Source: Opitutaceae bacterium (GTDB lineage: Bacteria; Verrucomicrobiota; Verrucomicrobiia; Opitutales; Coraliomargaritaceae). Taken from it: DNA of 64,000 nucleotides. Shown here piece by piece: positions 1-9,825 of the stretch (positions are counted from its first letter, which is position 1; each line of letters begins with the position of its first letter). Under the pieces are notes generated by a model. It worked only from the letters and a program-made list of their open reading frames with translations, made no database searches and was not told the origin of the DNA. Made by a program: the position numbers and the translations under genes. The stretch lies in assembly GCA_051252375.1 (NCBI GenBank), contig JBPOFY010000005.1:96001-160000 (forward strand), written 5' to 3'.

Positions 1-565
<565 letters not shown>

Positions 566-612
566 GTCAGCCTTCTTAGTCATTACCTATTAGCACTTAA
601 ATATTTAAAAAC

Positions 613-1893
613 ATGAGCGAAGATAATAATTCAGGATACCTCGATATGGACCTACTGCGGTTTACCACTGCTGGTTCTGTAGACGACGGTAAGAGCACAT
701 TGATCGGACGTCTGCTTTACGATAGTAAGGCAATTTTCGAAGACCAAATGGAGGCGATGGAGGTCAGCTCCAAAGCACGTGGTGACGAACACGTAAACCT
801 CGCACTCTTGACTGACGGCCTCCGTGCCGAACGTGAGCAGGGCATCACCATCGACGTGGCATATCGCTACTTCGCCACGCCAAAGCGTAAGTTCATCATC
901 GCTGATACACCTGGGCACATCCAATACACACGTAATATGGTGACCGGTGCTTCCACCGCGAATCTTGCGATTGTGTTGATTGATGCGCGTAAGGGTGTGA
1001 TCGAGCAAACTTGCCGTCACTCATTCATCGCCAATTTGCTGCGCATTCAGCACGTAGTTGTCTGTGTAAACAAGATGGACTTAGTTGATTGGGACGAAGG
1101 TGTTTACAATAAGATTGTCGACGACTTCAAAAGCTTCGCGTCTCGTCTCGATAATATTGTTGATGTGACATTCATTCCAGCCAGTGCGCTGATTGGTGAC
1201 AACATCGTCGATAAGTCTGAGAACATGCCTTGGTATCAAGGTCCGACACTACTTTACCATTTAGAAACCGTTTATATCGGTGCTGACGAAAATCACGTTG
1301 AAGCACGTTTCCCTGTGCAATGGGTGATTCGTCCGCATTCCGACAAGTATCATGACTTCCGTGGTTTCGCGGGTCGTGTTGCTGGTGGCGTCTTTAAACC
1401 TGGTGATGATGTCACTGTGTTGCCATCCGGTTTTACTTCGAAAATCAAAGCAATTGAGTCGATGGAAGGCCCTCAAAAGGAAGTCTTCGCGCCGATGTCC
1501 GCTACGATTACACTCGAAGACGAGATTGATATGTCTCGTGGTGATATGCTCGTGAAAGCGAACAATAGGCCAGAGCCAACACAAGATATCGATGCAATGG
1601 TCTGTTGTTTCTCTTCGGATAAGCCGCTCATTGGTGGTGGTAAATACATCCTTCGTCACACGACTAAGGAAGTGAAAGCCATTGTCACTGAAGTCTGCTA
1701 CAAGGTGAACATCAACACACTTCACAAGGTCGAGGATGACGTAACTCTTAACTTGAACGACATCGGTCGTATCAAAGTGCGCACATCTGCTCCGTTGATC
1801 GCAGACAGTTATAAGTCCAACCGTATCACCGGTAGCTTCGTGCTGATCGATGAGTTGACCAATGCGACCGTTGCGGCGGGTATGATCATCTAA
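613..1893 (+). CDS. cysN: Sulfate adenylyltransferase subunit 1 (GTPase), no fused CysC domain
   Basis: GSVDDGKST, EREQGITIDVAYRYF, DTPGH and NKMD motifs; ends at TVAAGMII. Confidence 0.96.
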   Translation: MSEDNNSGYLDMDLLRFTTAGSVDDGKSTLIGRLLYDSKAIFEDQMEAMEVSSKARGDEHVNLALLTDGLRAEREQGITIDVAYRYFATPKRKFIIADTPGHIQYTRNMVTGASTANLAIVLIDARKGVIEQTCRHSFIANLLRIQHVVVCVNKMDLVDWDEGVYNKIVDDFKSFASRLDNIVDVTFIPASALIGDNIVDKSENMPWYQGPTLLYHLETVYIGADENHVEARFPVQWVIRPHSDKYHDFRGFAGRVAGGVFKPGDDVTVLPSGFTSKIKAIESMEGPQKEVFAPMSATITLEDEIDMSRGDMLVKANNRPEPTQDIDAMVCCFSSDKPLIGGGKYILRHTTKEVKAIVTEVCYKVNINTLHKVEDDVTLNLNDIGRIKVRTSAPLIADSYKSNRITGSFVLIDELTNATVAAGMII

Positions 1894-1913
1894 AGCGGAT
1901 CATTTGTAATTTC

Positions 1914-1945
1914 AAAAGGCGGTCCTTATCGGGACCGCCTTTTTT
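1914..1945 (+). terminator. Intrinsic terminator after cysN, possibly bidirectional
   Basis: AAAAGGCGGTCC-ttatcg-GGACCGCCTTTTTT. Confidence 0.85.
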
Positions 1946-1992
1946 GTGCCTCTGCTAAGAACTAGGGTATAGGCATCTTCTATCTGGTGATT

Positions 1993-2068
1993 GGTAGAGG
2001 CGGTCGTCCCGACCGCCATTGCGTTGATTCAGGCATGCTGATGGCGCTTAGGGACAAGCGCCGCTACC
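1993..2068. repeat. Inverted pair of GTAG-type REP-like hairpins
   Basis: GGTAGAGGCGGTCGTCCCGACCGCC at 1993-2017, and GGTAGCGGCGCTTGTCCCTAAGCGCC on the minus strand at 2043-2068. Confidence 0.65.
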
Positions 2069-2898
2069 TAGAACAATGCCAGGAGCCCTAGCAGCAAGGC
2101 ACCATCAGCGAGGATTCGGTAGTTTTCGGTGGAGAGCGCTTTGTGGAAAATGCTGAGACAATTCAGCGTCATGAGTGGTATGACTAAACTGAGCAGTAGC
2201 TTTTGAGGGACTCCTAAAAGGCTTATGAATGCGCAGAGTGCAACGACGCCAATGATTGAAGGGTGGAGGTTACGGCTTAATGAACGGACTTCCAGTGCGG
2301 TATCTACGGTGCTTTCTTTTCGACCGATCATGAGGCAATTCATCAGGCACAGGAGCGCTAAACTGCCACCCGCGGGCCATAAACCAGATGCTGGTAGAAA
2401 GACTAAAACGCCGCCGGCAAAGATCATGGCTACACACACTTCTTTCGGGAAGAAGCGCTTGGATAGTTTTTGGTTCAGTAATGTGTAGATGAGGCAGGCG
2501 GCGAGTAAGTACAAACCGTGAATGAGTTGTTCGCTCTGCAGCATGGTGAAGGCGAGGGCGATGTTGGCGATCAGAGCGACGCTCCAGATGCGCCAAAGCA
2601 CGATGCGATGCTTCGCGGCAAAGCGATGGCGCAGCGAGAGAAGTTGCTCCGGCTTGCGTTGTTGCACATCAAACAATCGGTCGGCCATATAGGTCAGCCA
2701 CACAGATAGCCCGAGCACTATTTGGGCGGAGATGGACAACGTGAAATGAATGCTCTGCGCGAAGATGCTTTGCCAGATCACTGCGATCATTGCGGCGTCG
2801 ATCGCTAGAACGTTCGGCCATTGCCACAGTCTTGTTTGGCTGACGGACGGCGGGGTCGGCGATTCCACCCCGGCAATGGCGTTCTTGCTACTGTTCAT
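2068..2898 (-). CDS. Multi-pass membrane protein, possibly UbiA prenyltransferase-like
   Basis: About 8 hydrophobic segments; YMADRLFD resembles the UbiA Asp-rich motif; overlaps the end of the upstream helicase gene. Confidence 0.55.
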   Translation of the reverse strand: MNSSKNAIAGVESPTPPSVSQTRLWQWPNVLAIDAAMIAVIWQSIFAQSIHFTLSISAQIVLGLSVWLTYMADRLFDVQQRKPEQLLSLRHRFAAKHRIVLWRIWSVALIANIALAFTMLQSEQLIHGLYLLAACLIYTLLNQKLSKRFFPKEVCVAMIFAGGVLVFLPASGLWPAGGSLALLCLMNCLMIGRKESTVDTALEVRSLSRNLHPSIIGVVALCAFISLLGVPQKLLLSLVIPLMTLNCLSIFHKALSTENYRILADGALLLGLLALF

Positions 2899-5230
2899 TT
2901 TCGTTCGCTAACCAATCAAGTAGTGCGGCGTCATTACGTAGCTCGACGGCATCTTGGTATTCGGGGGCGAGTTGCTCTTTGTAGGCAGCTTCTGCGTAGC
3001 GTTTGCCGTGGAGTAAGACTTTGGCGCGTTGGCCCGGAGCGCGCACGATGCGGCCGAGCGCTTGATGGATGCGGCGCATGGCGGGGATGATATAGACGTC
3101 GCGGAAGTTCTCGTCGCGGGAGAGGGACGGGTGGGCATCCATCTTGGCTTTTTGCACCGAGTTTACTTCAGGAAGGGCCGGACCGACGATCATCACGGTG
3201 TTGATCTGACCGCCAAGTTTGTCGACACCCTCTGCGTAGCTGGAGCCAAGGATCAGGAATAGGCTGTCGGCCATGAGCAGACCTTCGTCTATGAATGTTT
3301 CTTGGGCTGCTAGATCGACACCTCTCGGTTGTAGCATGACGCGGGCGGCTGGATCGATGGCGTTCAGGTAAGCCTGTATGTTTTCCGCATACAAGTATGA
3401 GGCAAAGAACACAGCGACGGGCACGGCAGGGCTCTGTGCGATCAAAGCTGCGATTGTGCGAGCGGTGGTTTCATAGTATTTCTCGCGTTGAGTATAGCGT
3501 GTATCGACGCGGCAATCGATGGCGACATCGTAGGCGTGGTCACGCCAAGGAGCATGGCCGATTGCGAGGGTGGTGCCTTCTTTCGTCAATCCGCAGCTAT
3601 CGCGAAAGGATTGTATCGGTTGTAGCGTCGCCGACATGAGTAGGCTGCTGCCGAATGGCTGGATGCAGCGAGCGATCCATTTGCTAGCGTCGAGGCAAGT
3701 GGTTTCGAAGGTGTTGGCTCGCGGTATCCAATGGTGCCATTCGTGGCTGGGTTCGGCGAGGCGTTGTGCCAGCTCAGGAATGCGCCAAATGAGGTCGAGC
3801 GCAAAGGGAGCAATTTGCTCGTATTCAAAATGAGCTTCTTTGAGTTGCCGGGTGAAGTCTTCGCAGAGGTCGAGTAGTTCGTAGGCGGCGTTACCGCTCA
3901 GTGCTTGATCTGATTTTTGGGCATCGATGCAGCGGCTGAGCTCGTTGCCAATCGAGATTAAACGGCGAGGCGCACCGGCGGCGCGAAGTTCTTCGAGGGC
4001 GAAGAGAAGTTCGCCCGTGTTGATTTGCACGCTGAGCGCGTCGGCCACACGGTCGGGTAAATTATGAGCTTCATCAATAATCAATAAGGTCTTGGCGGGG
4101 TCGAAGCCCTGTTGCTCTAAGAAGACGGATTGGCTGGCTGGTGCGAAGATGTAGTTGCTGTCGCCGATCCAGATTTCGGCAAAGGGTAGGCAGCCTTTAG
4201 TTAGCGCATAAGGGCACACGCCTGTTTCCGCGCCGAGCGCTTTTGATCGTTCTAAACTGAAGGTGGCATCCTGAAATAGTTCGGGTGGATGGATGCCCGC
4301 TTCGAGCCAGCGTTGCCCGAGGTCTTCGTTGCACTGTGCGTCTCCCGTGCAAGTGTGAGCGGCGCTGTCGATCGCATGCTCATGCCGATTGCGCATTTGG
4401 ATGTAACGCACTTGGTCGCCGATCATGCCGCGTAGTTGGCGAATGGTTTCCAGTTGCCCAGTAGATTTACTGGTGAGGTAGATGCAGCGCTCGTAGAGTC
4501 CGCTTTGCATCTGGCGCAGGGCGTGTTCGAGGACGATGCCGGTTTTGCCAAACCCAGTCGGTGCTTCGAGGAGAACGGTCTTCGATTGGAGGCTGGCCTT
4601 TTCTAAAGTTTCAAACAGTTCTGCCTGACCTTCTCGCAAGTCCGTGAAGGCGGGTTGTATGACGGCGTCGGCGAGTTGAATACGGCAATTCCGCCGATCA
4701 TTGAGAAAGGGGATCAGTGCGTCTAGTTGCTGAGTGAAGATGTCGGCGTCTTCATCTGTTAACGGCACGCCTTGAATCGCACCGTTGGTGATATCGATAA
4801 ACTGTAGTTCCGCGGTCAGTGTTTTGTCGGCATATTCCGGCAGCACGCGGGCGAGTCCGAGATAGATCGCGACTTGCGCGAAATGGTCCGGATAGCGTTC
4901 GGTAAGTGCTTCGCGACTCGCAGGCAGTGGGGTGCGGATCGTTTTGACCTCCCGGATACAGAGTGCGTCTGCTTGTGGCAGAAGTTGGTCGATTCGACCC
5001 TGAATGTGGAAGGTCCAGTCGCGGTGCCGCCATTGTCCTTTTAGGGTCACTTCGAATTGCGCTTCCGGCTCAATCGCGCGGGTTTGTTGCTCGGATGTTT
5101 TATGCCATTCTTGTCCGACTGCCGCACGCCATGCTTGCCAGCCGTCACCATCGCCGGTGGGCGCATTGCGGTAAGCCGCTAGTTCGCGCACACTCAGTTG
5201 CACGCTTCGAGCGATGGGATCAATTTGCAT
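2888..5230 (-). CDS. DinG/Rad3(XPD)-family helicase with an N-terminal PD-(D/E)XK nuclease domain
   Basis: N-terminus has GRID..IREVKT..AQVAIY; Walker A EAPTGFGKT; IIDEAHNL; MSATL; QALGRIVR; CPY in the Fe-S region. Confidence 0.85.
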   Translation of the reverse strand: MQIDPIARSVQLSVRELAAYRNAPTGDGDGWQAWRAAVGQEWHKTSEQQTRAIEPEAQFEVTLKGQWRHRDWTFHIQGRIDQLLPQADALCIREVKTIRTPLPASREALTERYPDHFAQVAIYLGLARVLPEYADKTLTAELQFIDITNGAIQGVPLTDEDADIFTQQLDALIPFLNDRRNCRIQLADAVIQPAFTDLREGQAELFETLEKASLQSKTVLLEAPTGFGKTGIVLEHALRQMQSGLYERCIYLTSKSTGQLETIRQLRGMIGDQVRYIQMRNRHEHAIDSAAHTCTGDAQCNEDLGQRWLEAGIHPPELFQDATFSLERSKALGAETGVCPYALTKGCLPFAEIWIGDSNYIFAPASQSVFLEQQGFDPAKTLLIIDEAHNLPDRVADALSVQINTGELLFALEELRAAGAPRRLISIGNELSRCIDAQKSDQALSGNAAYELLDLCEDFTRQLKEAHFEYEQIAPFALDLIWRIPELAQRLAEPSHEWHHWIPRANTFETTCLDASKWIARCIQPFGSSLLMSATLQPIQSFRDSCGLTKEGTTLAIGHAPWRDHAYDVAIDCRVDTRYTQREKYYETTARTIAALIAQSPAVPVAVFFASYLYAENIQAYLNAIDPAARVMLQPRGVDLAAQETFIDEGLLMADSLFLILGSSYAEGVDKLGGQINTVMIVGPALPEVNSVQKAKMDAHPSLSRDENFRDVYIIPAMRRIHQALGRIVRAPGQRAKVLLHGKRYAEAAYKEQLAPEYQDAVELRNDAALLDWLANENEQ

Positions 5231-5312
5231 CGTCAGTGATGGCTGCTGAATCCCGCCCTGAGGTCAAGCATTGGTGCTGTCTGTCGCTCGGATCGTGAAA
5301 TCGGAGTGTGCA

Positions 5313-6152
5313 TTATTGCGCTACGGGGCGCTGACGGAGCACAGGTGTCTTATCGATCGGGGTGTAGAAAATCTTTGTATCTAGATCGACGTTCGGCGTG
5401 ATGCTATCGAATGTGATGGTGCCAAAAGCAGAGCCCTCAACTAGTAAATCGATTTGCTTTGGGAGGAGCACTCCGTTGACTTTTGCGAAACGTGTAGCGC
5501 GGTAGTCGAGGTATTCTTCGACGCCGGCAATTGTGCCGAGTCCGCCCCAGCGAGTGAGGAGGAAGGTTTCTTTATCGAAGTAAAACCACGTGCGCTCGTC
5601 CTTTTTGCCATAGCCGACGACAACATGAGCAGGGCGTCCGCCGACTTTGTCCGCTCCCTGATATTTAAAATCGTAGGCTGCTTTGAGTGGCACGACGACT
5701 GGTTGGATGAACCAGCGTTGATTGATGAAGTGTTGGGCGTCGCGTCCGCCGTATGGTTTGGCGGGGAATTCTTTGGGAGACAGTTTTTGAGTCCAAGCAT
5801 TCACGCCATCGAAGGACGTGACTTCGACATATTCGCGACCGAGTAGTCGCCATGAGAAAGTCAGCTTGCGTTTGCCATCCTGTGTTTCGATGAGTTCGAA
5901 CTTTTTGGTTTTGCCGGCTTCTTCGATGGTGCCTTTGGCAACAATGTTGCGCAGGTTGATGTGCGCTTGTTTACCGCCCGTCACCGCGAGGAAATTCTGG
6001 ATCAATTGACGACTCGCTTTATCGGTTTCTTTCGGCCGTGGGCTGACTTGCACTGCGGGCTCCTCGGTCGGCGCTGGTGTCTCTTGAGCCCAAGAGGCAC
6101 AGGGCACGCTGCAGGCGAGAAGGAGTAGAGGGGCAATTTTTAAGTAATTCAT
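5313..6152 (-). CDS. Exported hypothetical protein (beta-rich, lipoprotein-sorting/LolA-like fold possible)
   Basis: Signal peptide ending ASWA-Q; WFYFDKETFLL and KVNGVLLP pattern. Confidence 0.55.
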   Translation of the reverse strand: MNYLKIAPLLLLACSVPCASWAQETPAPTEEPAVQVSPRPKETDKASRQLIQNFLAVTGGKQAHINLRNIVAKGTIEEAGKTKKFELIETQDGKRKLTFSWRLLGREYVEVTSFDGVNAWTQKLSPKEFPAKPYGGRDAQHFINQRWFIQPVVVPLKAAYDFKYQGADKVGGRPAHVVVGYGKKDERTWFYFDKETFLLTRWGGLGTIAGVEEYLDYRATRFAKVNGVLLPKQIDLLVEGSAFGTITFDSITPNVDLDTKIFYTPIDKTPVLRQRPVAQ

Positions 6153-6240
6153 CTTAGTTCTTTCCTGAAAAAAAGGTTTCCATGCGCGTCGGTGAGTCTA
6201 GTGTCCTAAAAGTTTTCAAAAATCACAACCTGATTTAATT

Positions 6241-7176
6241 ATGCGTATACTTATTACTGGAGGAGCCGGTTTCCTCGGAAGCCACCTGTGTGACCGTCTT
6301 TTAGACGAGGGACATGAAGTCATCTGCTTGGATAACTTTTTTACCGGGCGCCGCAGTAATGTGCTGCATCTGCTGGAAAATCCGAACTTCGAGCTCATGC
6401 GGCACGATGTGATCGATCCATTTAAGGCAGAGGTTGATCAAATCTACAATCTGGCATGCCCAGCTTCGCCGATTCATTATCAGTATAATGCTATCAAGAC
6501 GATGAAGACTTCCGTGATGGGAGCGATCAACTGTCTAGGGCTTGCTAAACGTCTCAACGCACGTGTCTTCCAAGCCTCGACTTCTGAAGTCTATGGTGAC
6601 CCCTCGGTGCATCCGCAGCCGGAAGAATATTGGGGCAACGTGAATCCGATCGGCATTCGCTCCTGCTACGACGAAGGTAAGCGCGCGGCGGAAACCCTCT
6701 TTATGGACTATCACCGCCAGAACGGGGTGGATATCCGTATTGTTCGTATCTTTAATACCTACGGACCTCGTATGCGCCCGGATGACGGCCGTGTGGTTTC
6801 CAACTTCATCGTGCAAGCCCTGCAAGGCAAAGACATCACCGTCTATGGTGAAGGTCAGCAAACGCGTTCTTTCTGCTACTGCGATGATTTGATCGAAGGC
6901 TTCGTCGGTTTGATGAATCAAGATCAGACTGTCGGTCCGATGAATATCGGTAATCCGAATGAATTCACGATTTTGGAGCTCGCAGAGAAAGTCATCGCTC
7001 AGACTGGCAGTAAGTCGAAGATCATCCACGAAGCGCTGCCATCGGACGATCCGAAGCAACGCCAACCGGACATCACACAAGCCAGAAAAGTGCTTGGTTG
7101 GGAGCCTAAGGTCTCACTCGAAGAGGGCCTTAAGCCGACCATTGAATACTTTGATCAGCTGCTGAAAAAAGGCTGA
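6241..7176 (+). CDS. UDP-glucuronate decarboxylase (UDP-xylose synthase), extended SDR family
   Basis: [41 protein letters not shown]. Confidence 0.93.
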   Translation: MRILITGGAGFLGSHLCDRLLDEGHEVICLDNFFTGRRSNVLHLLENPNFELMRHDVIDPFKAEVDQIYNLACPASPIHYQYNAIKTMKTSVMGAINCLGLAKRLNARVFQASTSEVYGDPSVHPQPEEYWGNVNPIGIRSCYDEGKRAAETLFMDYHRQNGVDIRIVRIFNTYGPRMRPDDGRVVSNFIVQALQGKDITVYGEGQQTRSFCYCDDLIEGFVGLMNQDQTVGPMNIGNPNEFTILELAEKVIAQTGSKSKIIHEALPSDDPKQRQPDITQARKVLGWEPKVSLEEGLKPTIEYFDQLLKKG

Positions 7177-7193
7177 ACGTCGGCTAAACAATA

Positions 7194-7256
7194 ACACGGC
7201 AGGGGACTGCCGTGGCTACAATTTCATGATGTAGCCACGTCACTCTGTGACGTGTC
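7194..7256. repeat. REP doublet, family A (GTAGCCACG...CGTGT)
   Basis: ACACGGCAGGGGACTGCCGTGGCTAC at 7194-7219 and GTAGCCACGTCACTCTGTGACGTGTC at 7231-7256; recurs at 14.9, 22.0, 22.1 and 47.5 kb. Confidence 0.9.
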
Positions 7257-7260
7257 CCGG

Positions 7261-8472
7261 CTAAGGCTCAATTGGTCTTGCGCCCCATCTTGGATGTTTG
7301 CGGACGAACTCGAATAGCACCACGGAGAGGGCGATCAGCACTAGCCCGACGATGGCGACTACTTTGGGCGCGGATTGACTGAGGATCCAATACCCTATGA
7401 AGGGTGCCAGCGTGCCGCGAAACCCCGTAAGTGCCATGTGGATGCTCATGTAGGAAGAAGCTTTCTCGTCGGGTGCGATCTTAGTCACCCATAGACTCCA
7501 GACGATCTTGCCGCCGCCCATTGCAACACCGAGCAGTGCCATCGCGAAAGTCAGTAGCACTAAGTTGGTCGTGAAAAAGAAGCATGCGATACTGAGCATG
7601 AAAAAGACATTCAGCAGGTTGCGCGTGGTGATCAGGTGCAGCCGATCAAAGAAATGGCCCCACAGTTTGGTGCTGAGCACACGCGCCGTTGCGGGCACGA
7701 TGAGCACCAGAAACGCAATCGAGGTATTACTCGCATTCACGCCATAGTCAGGGTTGGCGAGATATTCGACACGAATTGGTAGGGTGATGAGGTTGCCAAA
7801 CCCGAGCAGCATCCAACTGCCGAGGAGATAACCAAACAGTTTATCTTTCCAAATCAGACTAAAGCTCTGCCATGGATTGCCGATGTGCTCGGTCGTAAGT
7901 GCTTTGCTCGGTATCCGTGAGACCGCCCATGCCGCGCCCACAGCTGCCAGTGTGATGACTGCAAAGAGTATGCGGTAGTTATTGATGGAGGCGTCAAGTA
8001 GCTTGCCGCCAAAGTAAGCGAAGAGACTTGCGCAGAGCGCCATCAGAATAAACGGCACCGTCATTCGGCTGCCACGTTCTTTAGAGGTATAATTATCGGA
8101 GTAGATCTGCAGCATCAACGGACCTTGCTGAGCCGTCGCAATCTGGCTGAGCATGATCAGTAAGGTGAAGATTAGCAGGCTTTGCGCGAGTGTCGCACCC
8201 ACCATCAGCACCGCCGAGGCACCAAACATACAAGCACAAGCGAGACTCGAACGATAACGCAATTTCGCCACCAAGTAGAGTGTCAGCGGAGTGAGCAAAA
8301 ACCCCATCGACCACGCGCCAGCGATAAATGATTTATATTTATCAGGTGCTTCGAAATAGCGAATCGCGATGACCAGTGCAAACGTGCTCCAACCAGCCTC
8401 GAGTATCCCGTAGAACGGCGCCCGAAGGATGTCGTAGCGATAGGTTTGCTCGGCTTTGGAGGATGTGCTCAT
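7261..8472 (-). CDS. MFS transporter
   Basis: 403 aa, about 12 hydrophobic helices, LWGHFFDR loop motif. Confidence 0.8.
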   Translation of the reverse strand: MSTSSKAEQTYRYDILRAPFYGILEAGWSTFALVIAIRYFEAPDKYKSFIAGAWSMGFLLTPLTLYLVAKLRYRSSLACACMFGASAVLMVGATLAQSLLIFTLLIMLSQIATAQQGPLMLQIYSDNYTSKERGSRMTVPFILMALCASLFAYFGGKLLDASINNYRILFAVITLAAVGAAWAVSRIPSKALTTEHIGNPWQSFSLIWKDKLFGYLLGSWMLLGFGNLITLPIRVEYLANPDYGVNASNTSIAFLVLIVPATARVLSTKLWGHFFDRLHLITTRNLLNVFFMLSIACFFFTTNLVLLTFAMALLGVAMGGGKIVWSLWVTKIAPDEKASSYMSIHMALTGFRGTLAPFIGYWILSQSAPKVVAIVGLVLIALSVVLFEFVRKHPRWGARPIEP

Positions 8473-8477
8473 AGTGT

Positions 8478-8555
8478 CTTAATCGTAATCTTACTCATAA
8501 TCCCTTTATACGTTGTGATAGGCATGTGGAGATTGGGAGTAAGATTACGATTAAG
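8478..8555. repeat. Hexamer-unit inverted repeat
   Basis: CTTAATCGTAATCTTACTCATAATC at 8478-8502 pairs 23/25 with GATTGGGAGTAAGATTACGATTAAG at 8531-8555; an extra arm lies at 8647-8679. Confidence 0.8.
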
Positions 8556-8566
8556 GTTCGGGCAAA

Positions 8567-8627
8567 TGGAGGGCGGTGCTCCGTCGCCGCCGCAGATACT
8601 TCGTGACAGTGAGCGCGCAACCCTGCA
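8567..8627. repeat. TGGAGGG-family REP with a degenerate partner
   Basis: TGGAGGGCGGTG-CTCCGT-CGCCGCC, followed by a decayed inverted copy ending AACCCTGCA. Confidence 0.65.
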
Positions 8628-8684
8628 GCTACCTATTCTCCGTAGAGATTAGGAGTAAGAGTAAGAGTAAGATTAGGATAGATC

Positions 8685-9668
8685 CTATCGGCTCCAATCC
8701 AACATGCGCTTGAGTGGCACGTAGGCTTGTTCACGGACGGCTTCATCCATCTCAATTGCTGGCGCCATGTCGCGCAAGCAGTTGCGGAGCTTTTCGATCG
8801 TATTCATCTTCATGAAACGGCAATCATTGCACGCACAAGTGTCGGTCGGTCCAGCAATGAAAGTCTTGTCGGGTGCTTCACGTTGTAAGCGGTGGATCAT
8901 GCCTGTTTCCGTGATAATGATAAATTGCTCGGCATCGCTGTCCTTACAGAAACCGATCATTTTTTCTGTGCTGCAAACGATGTCCGCATTGTCGCGAACG
9001 GTTTCTACGCATTCTGGGTGAGCGACGACGAGTGCGTCCGGGAATTTCAGTTTGAGCGCTTCGATCGCTTGCTGAGTGAACAGCACGTGTGCGTAACAAG
9101 AGCCGGGCCAGAGTTGCATCGCGCGACCAGTTTGCTTCGACACCCATTGACCGAGGTTTTGATCCGGGACGAACAATATGTCGCGGTCAGCCGGCACGTT
9201 ATCGATAATGGTTTTCGCATTGCCGCTGGTGCAAATCACATCGCAAAGCGCCTTCACCGCGGCCGAGCAATTGATGTAGGCAACCACATAAACATTCGGG
9301 TTGGCGGCTTTGTAAGCGGCTAACTTCTCAGCAGGGCAGGAATCAGCCAGTGAGCAACCCGCATTCATGTCCGGCAGGAGCACGGTCTTGGTAGGGTTTA
9401 CGATCTTGGCGGTTTCGGCCATGAAGTGGACGCCACAAAATACGATGCAGTCGGCTTCCGCTTCGGCCGCATGATAGGCCAGCCCGAGGGAATCGCCCAC
9501 ATAATCGGCTACCCGTTGAATCTCATCGACCTGGTAGTTGTGAGCCAGGATCACTGCATTGCGCTCTTTCTTCAGCGCGAGCACTTCCAATTGCAGCGCA
9601 GAGAGCGGAGCTTCCTCAGCGCGAGGAGTGAAAACCATGGGTTCGTAATTAAGTGTCGCAGTAGCCAT
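8685..9668 (-). CDS. nadA: Quinolinate synthase
   Basis: ILAHNYQ, GDSL, FCGVHFMAE, AGCSLAD, AHPEC, CRFMKMNT. Confidence 0.96.
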   Translation of the reverse strand: MATATLNYEPMVFTPRAEEAPLSALQLEVLALKKERNAVILAHNYQVDEIQRVADYVGDSLGLAYHAAEAEADCIVFCGVHFMAETAKIVNPTKTVLLPDMNAGCSLADSCPAEKLAAYKAANPNVYVVAYINCSAAVKALCDVICTSGNAKTIIDNVPADRDILFVPDQNLGQWVSKQTGRAMQLWPGSCYAHVLFTQQAIEALKLKFPDALVVAHPECVETVRDNADIVCSTEKMIGFCKDSDAEQFIIITETGMIHRLQREAPDKTFIAGPTDTCACNDCRFMKMNTIEKLRNCLRDMAPAIEMDEAVREQAYVPLKRMLDWSR

Positions 9669-9784
9669 AATGCAGGAAATAAAGCGTAAAGAATCAGTGG
9701 CGGGCGGATTTAAGTCAAGTCTGGGCGTGGTGGTGTGGCGTTAGCCCATCCTAAGCATACAACTTCTCTCGCTCAACTGACGAA

Positions 9785-9811
9785 CGGCGTGTTCGGAGAA
9801 CCCGCCCTACC
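9785..9811 (-). repeat. Single GTAG-type REP-like hairpin
   Basis: Minus strand reads GGTAGGGCGGGTTCTCCGAACACGCCG. Confidence 0.5.
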
Positions 9812-9825
9812 TTTTGAAGTCATCA

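Noticed and set aside
2888..5230. Cas4-like nuclease plus DinG as part of a type IV CRISPR or other defence system
   Set aside because: No array, cas genes or defence neighbours; the context is housekeeping.
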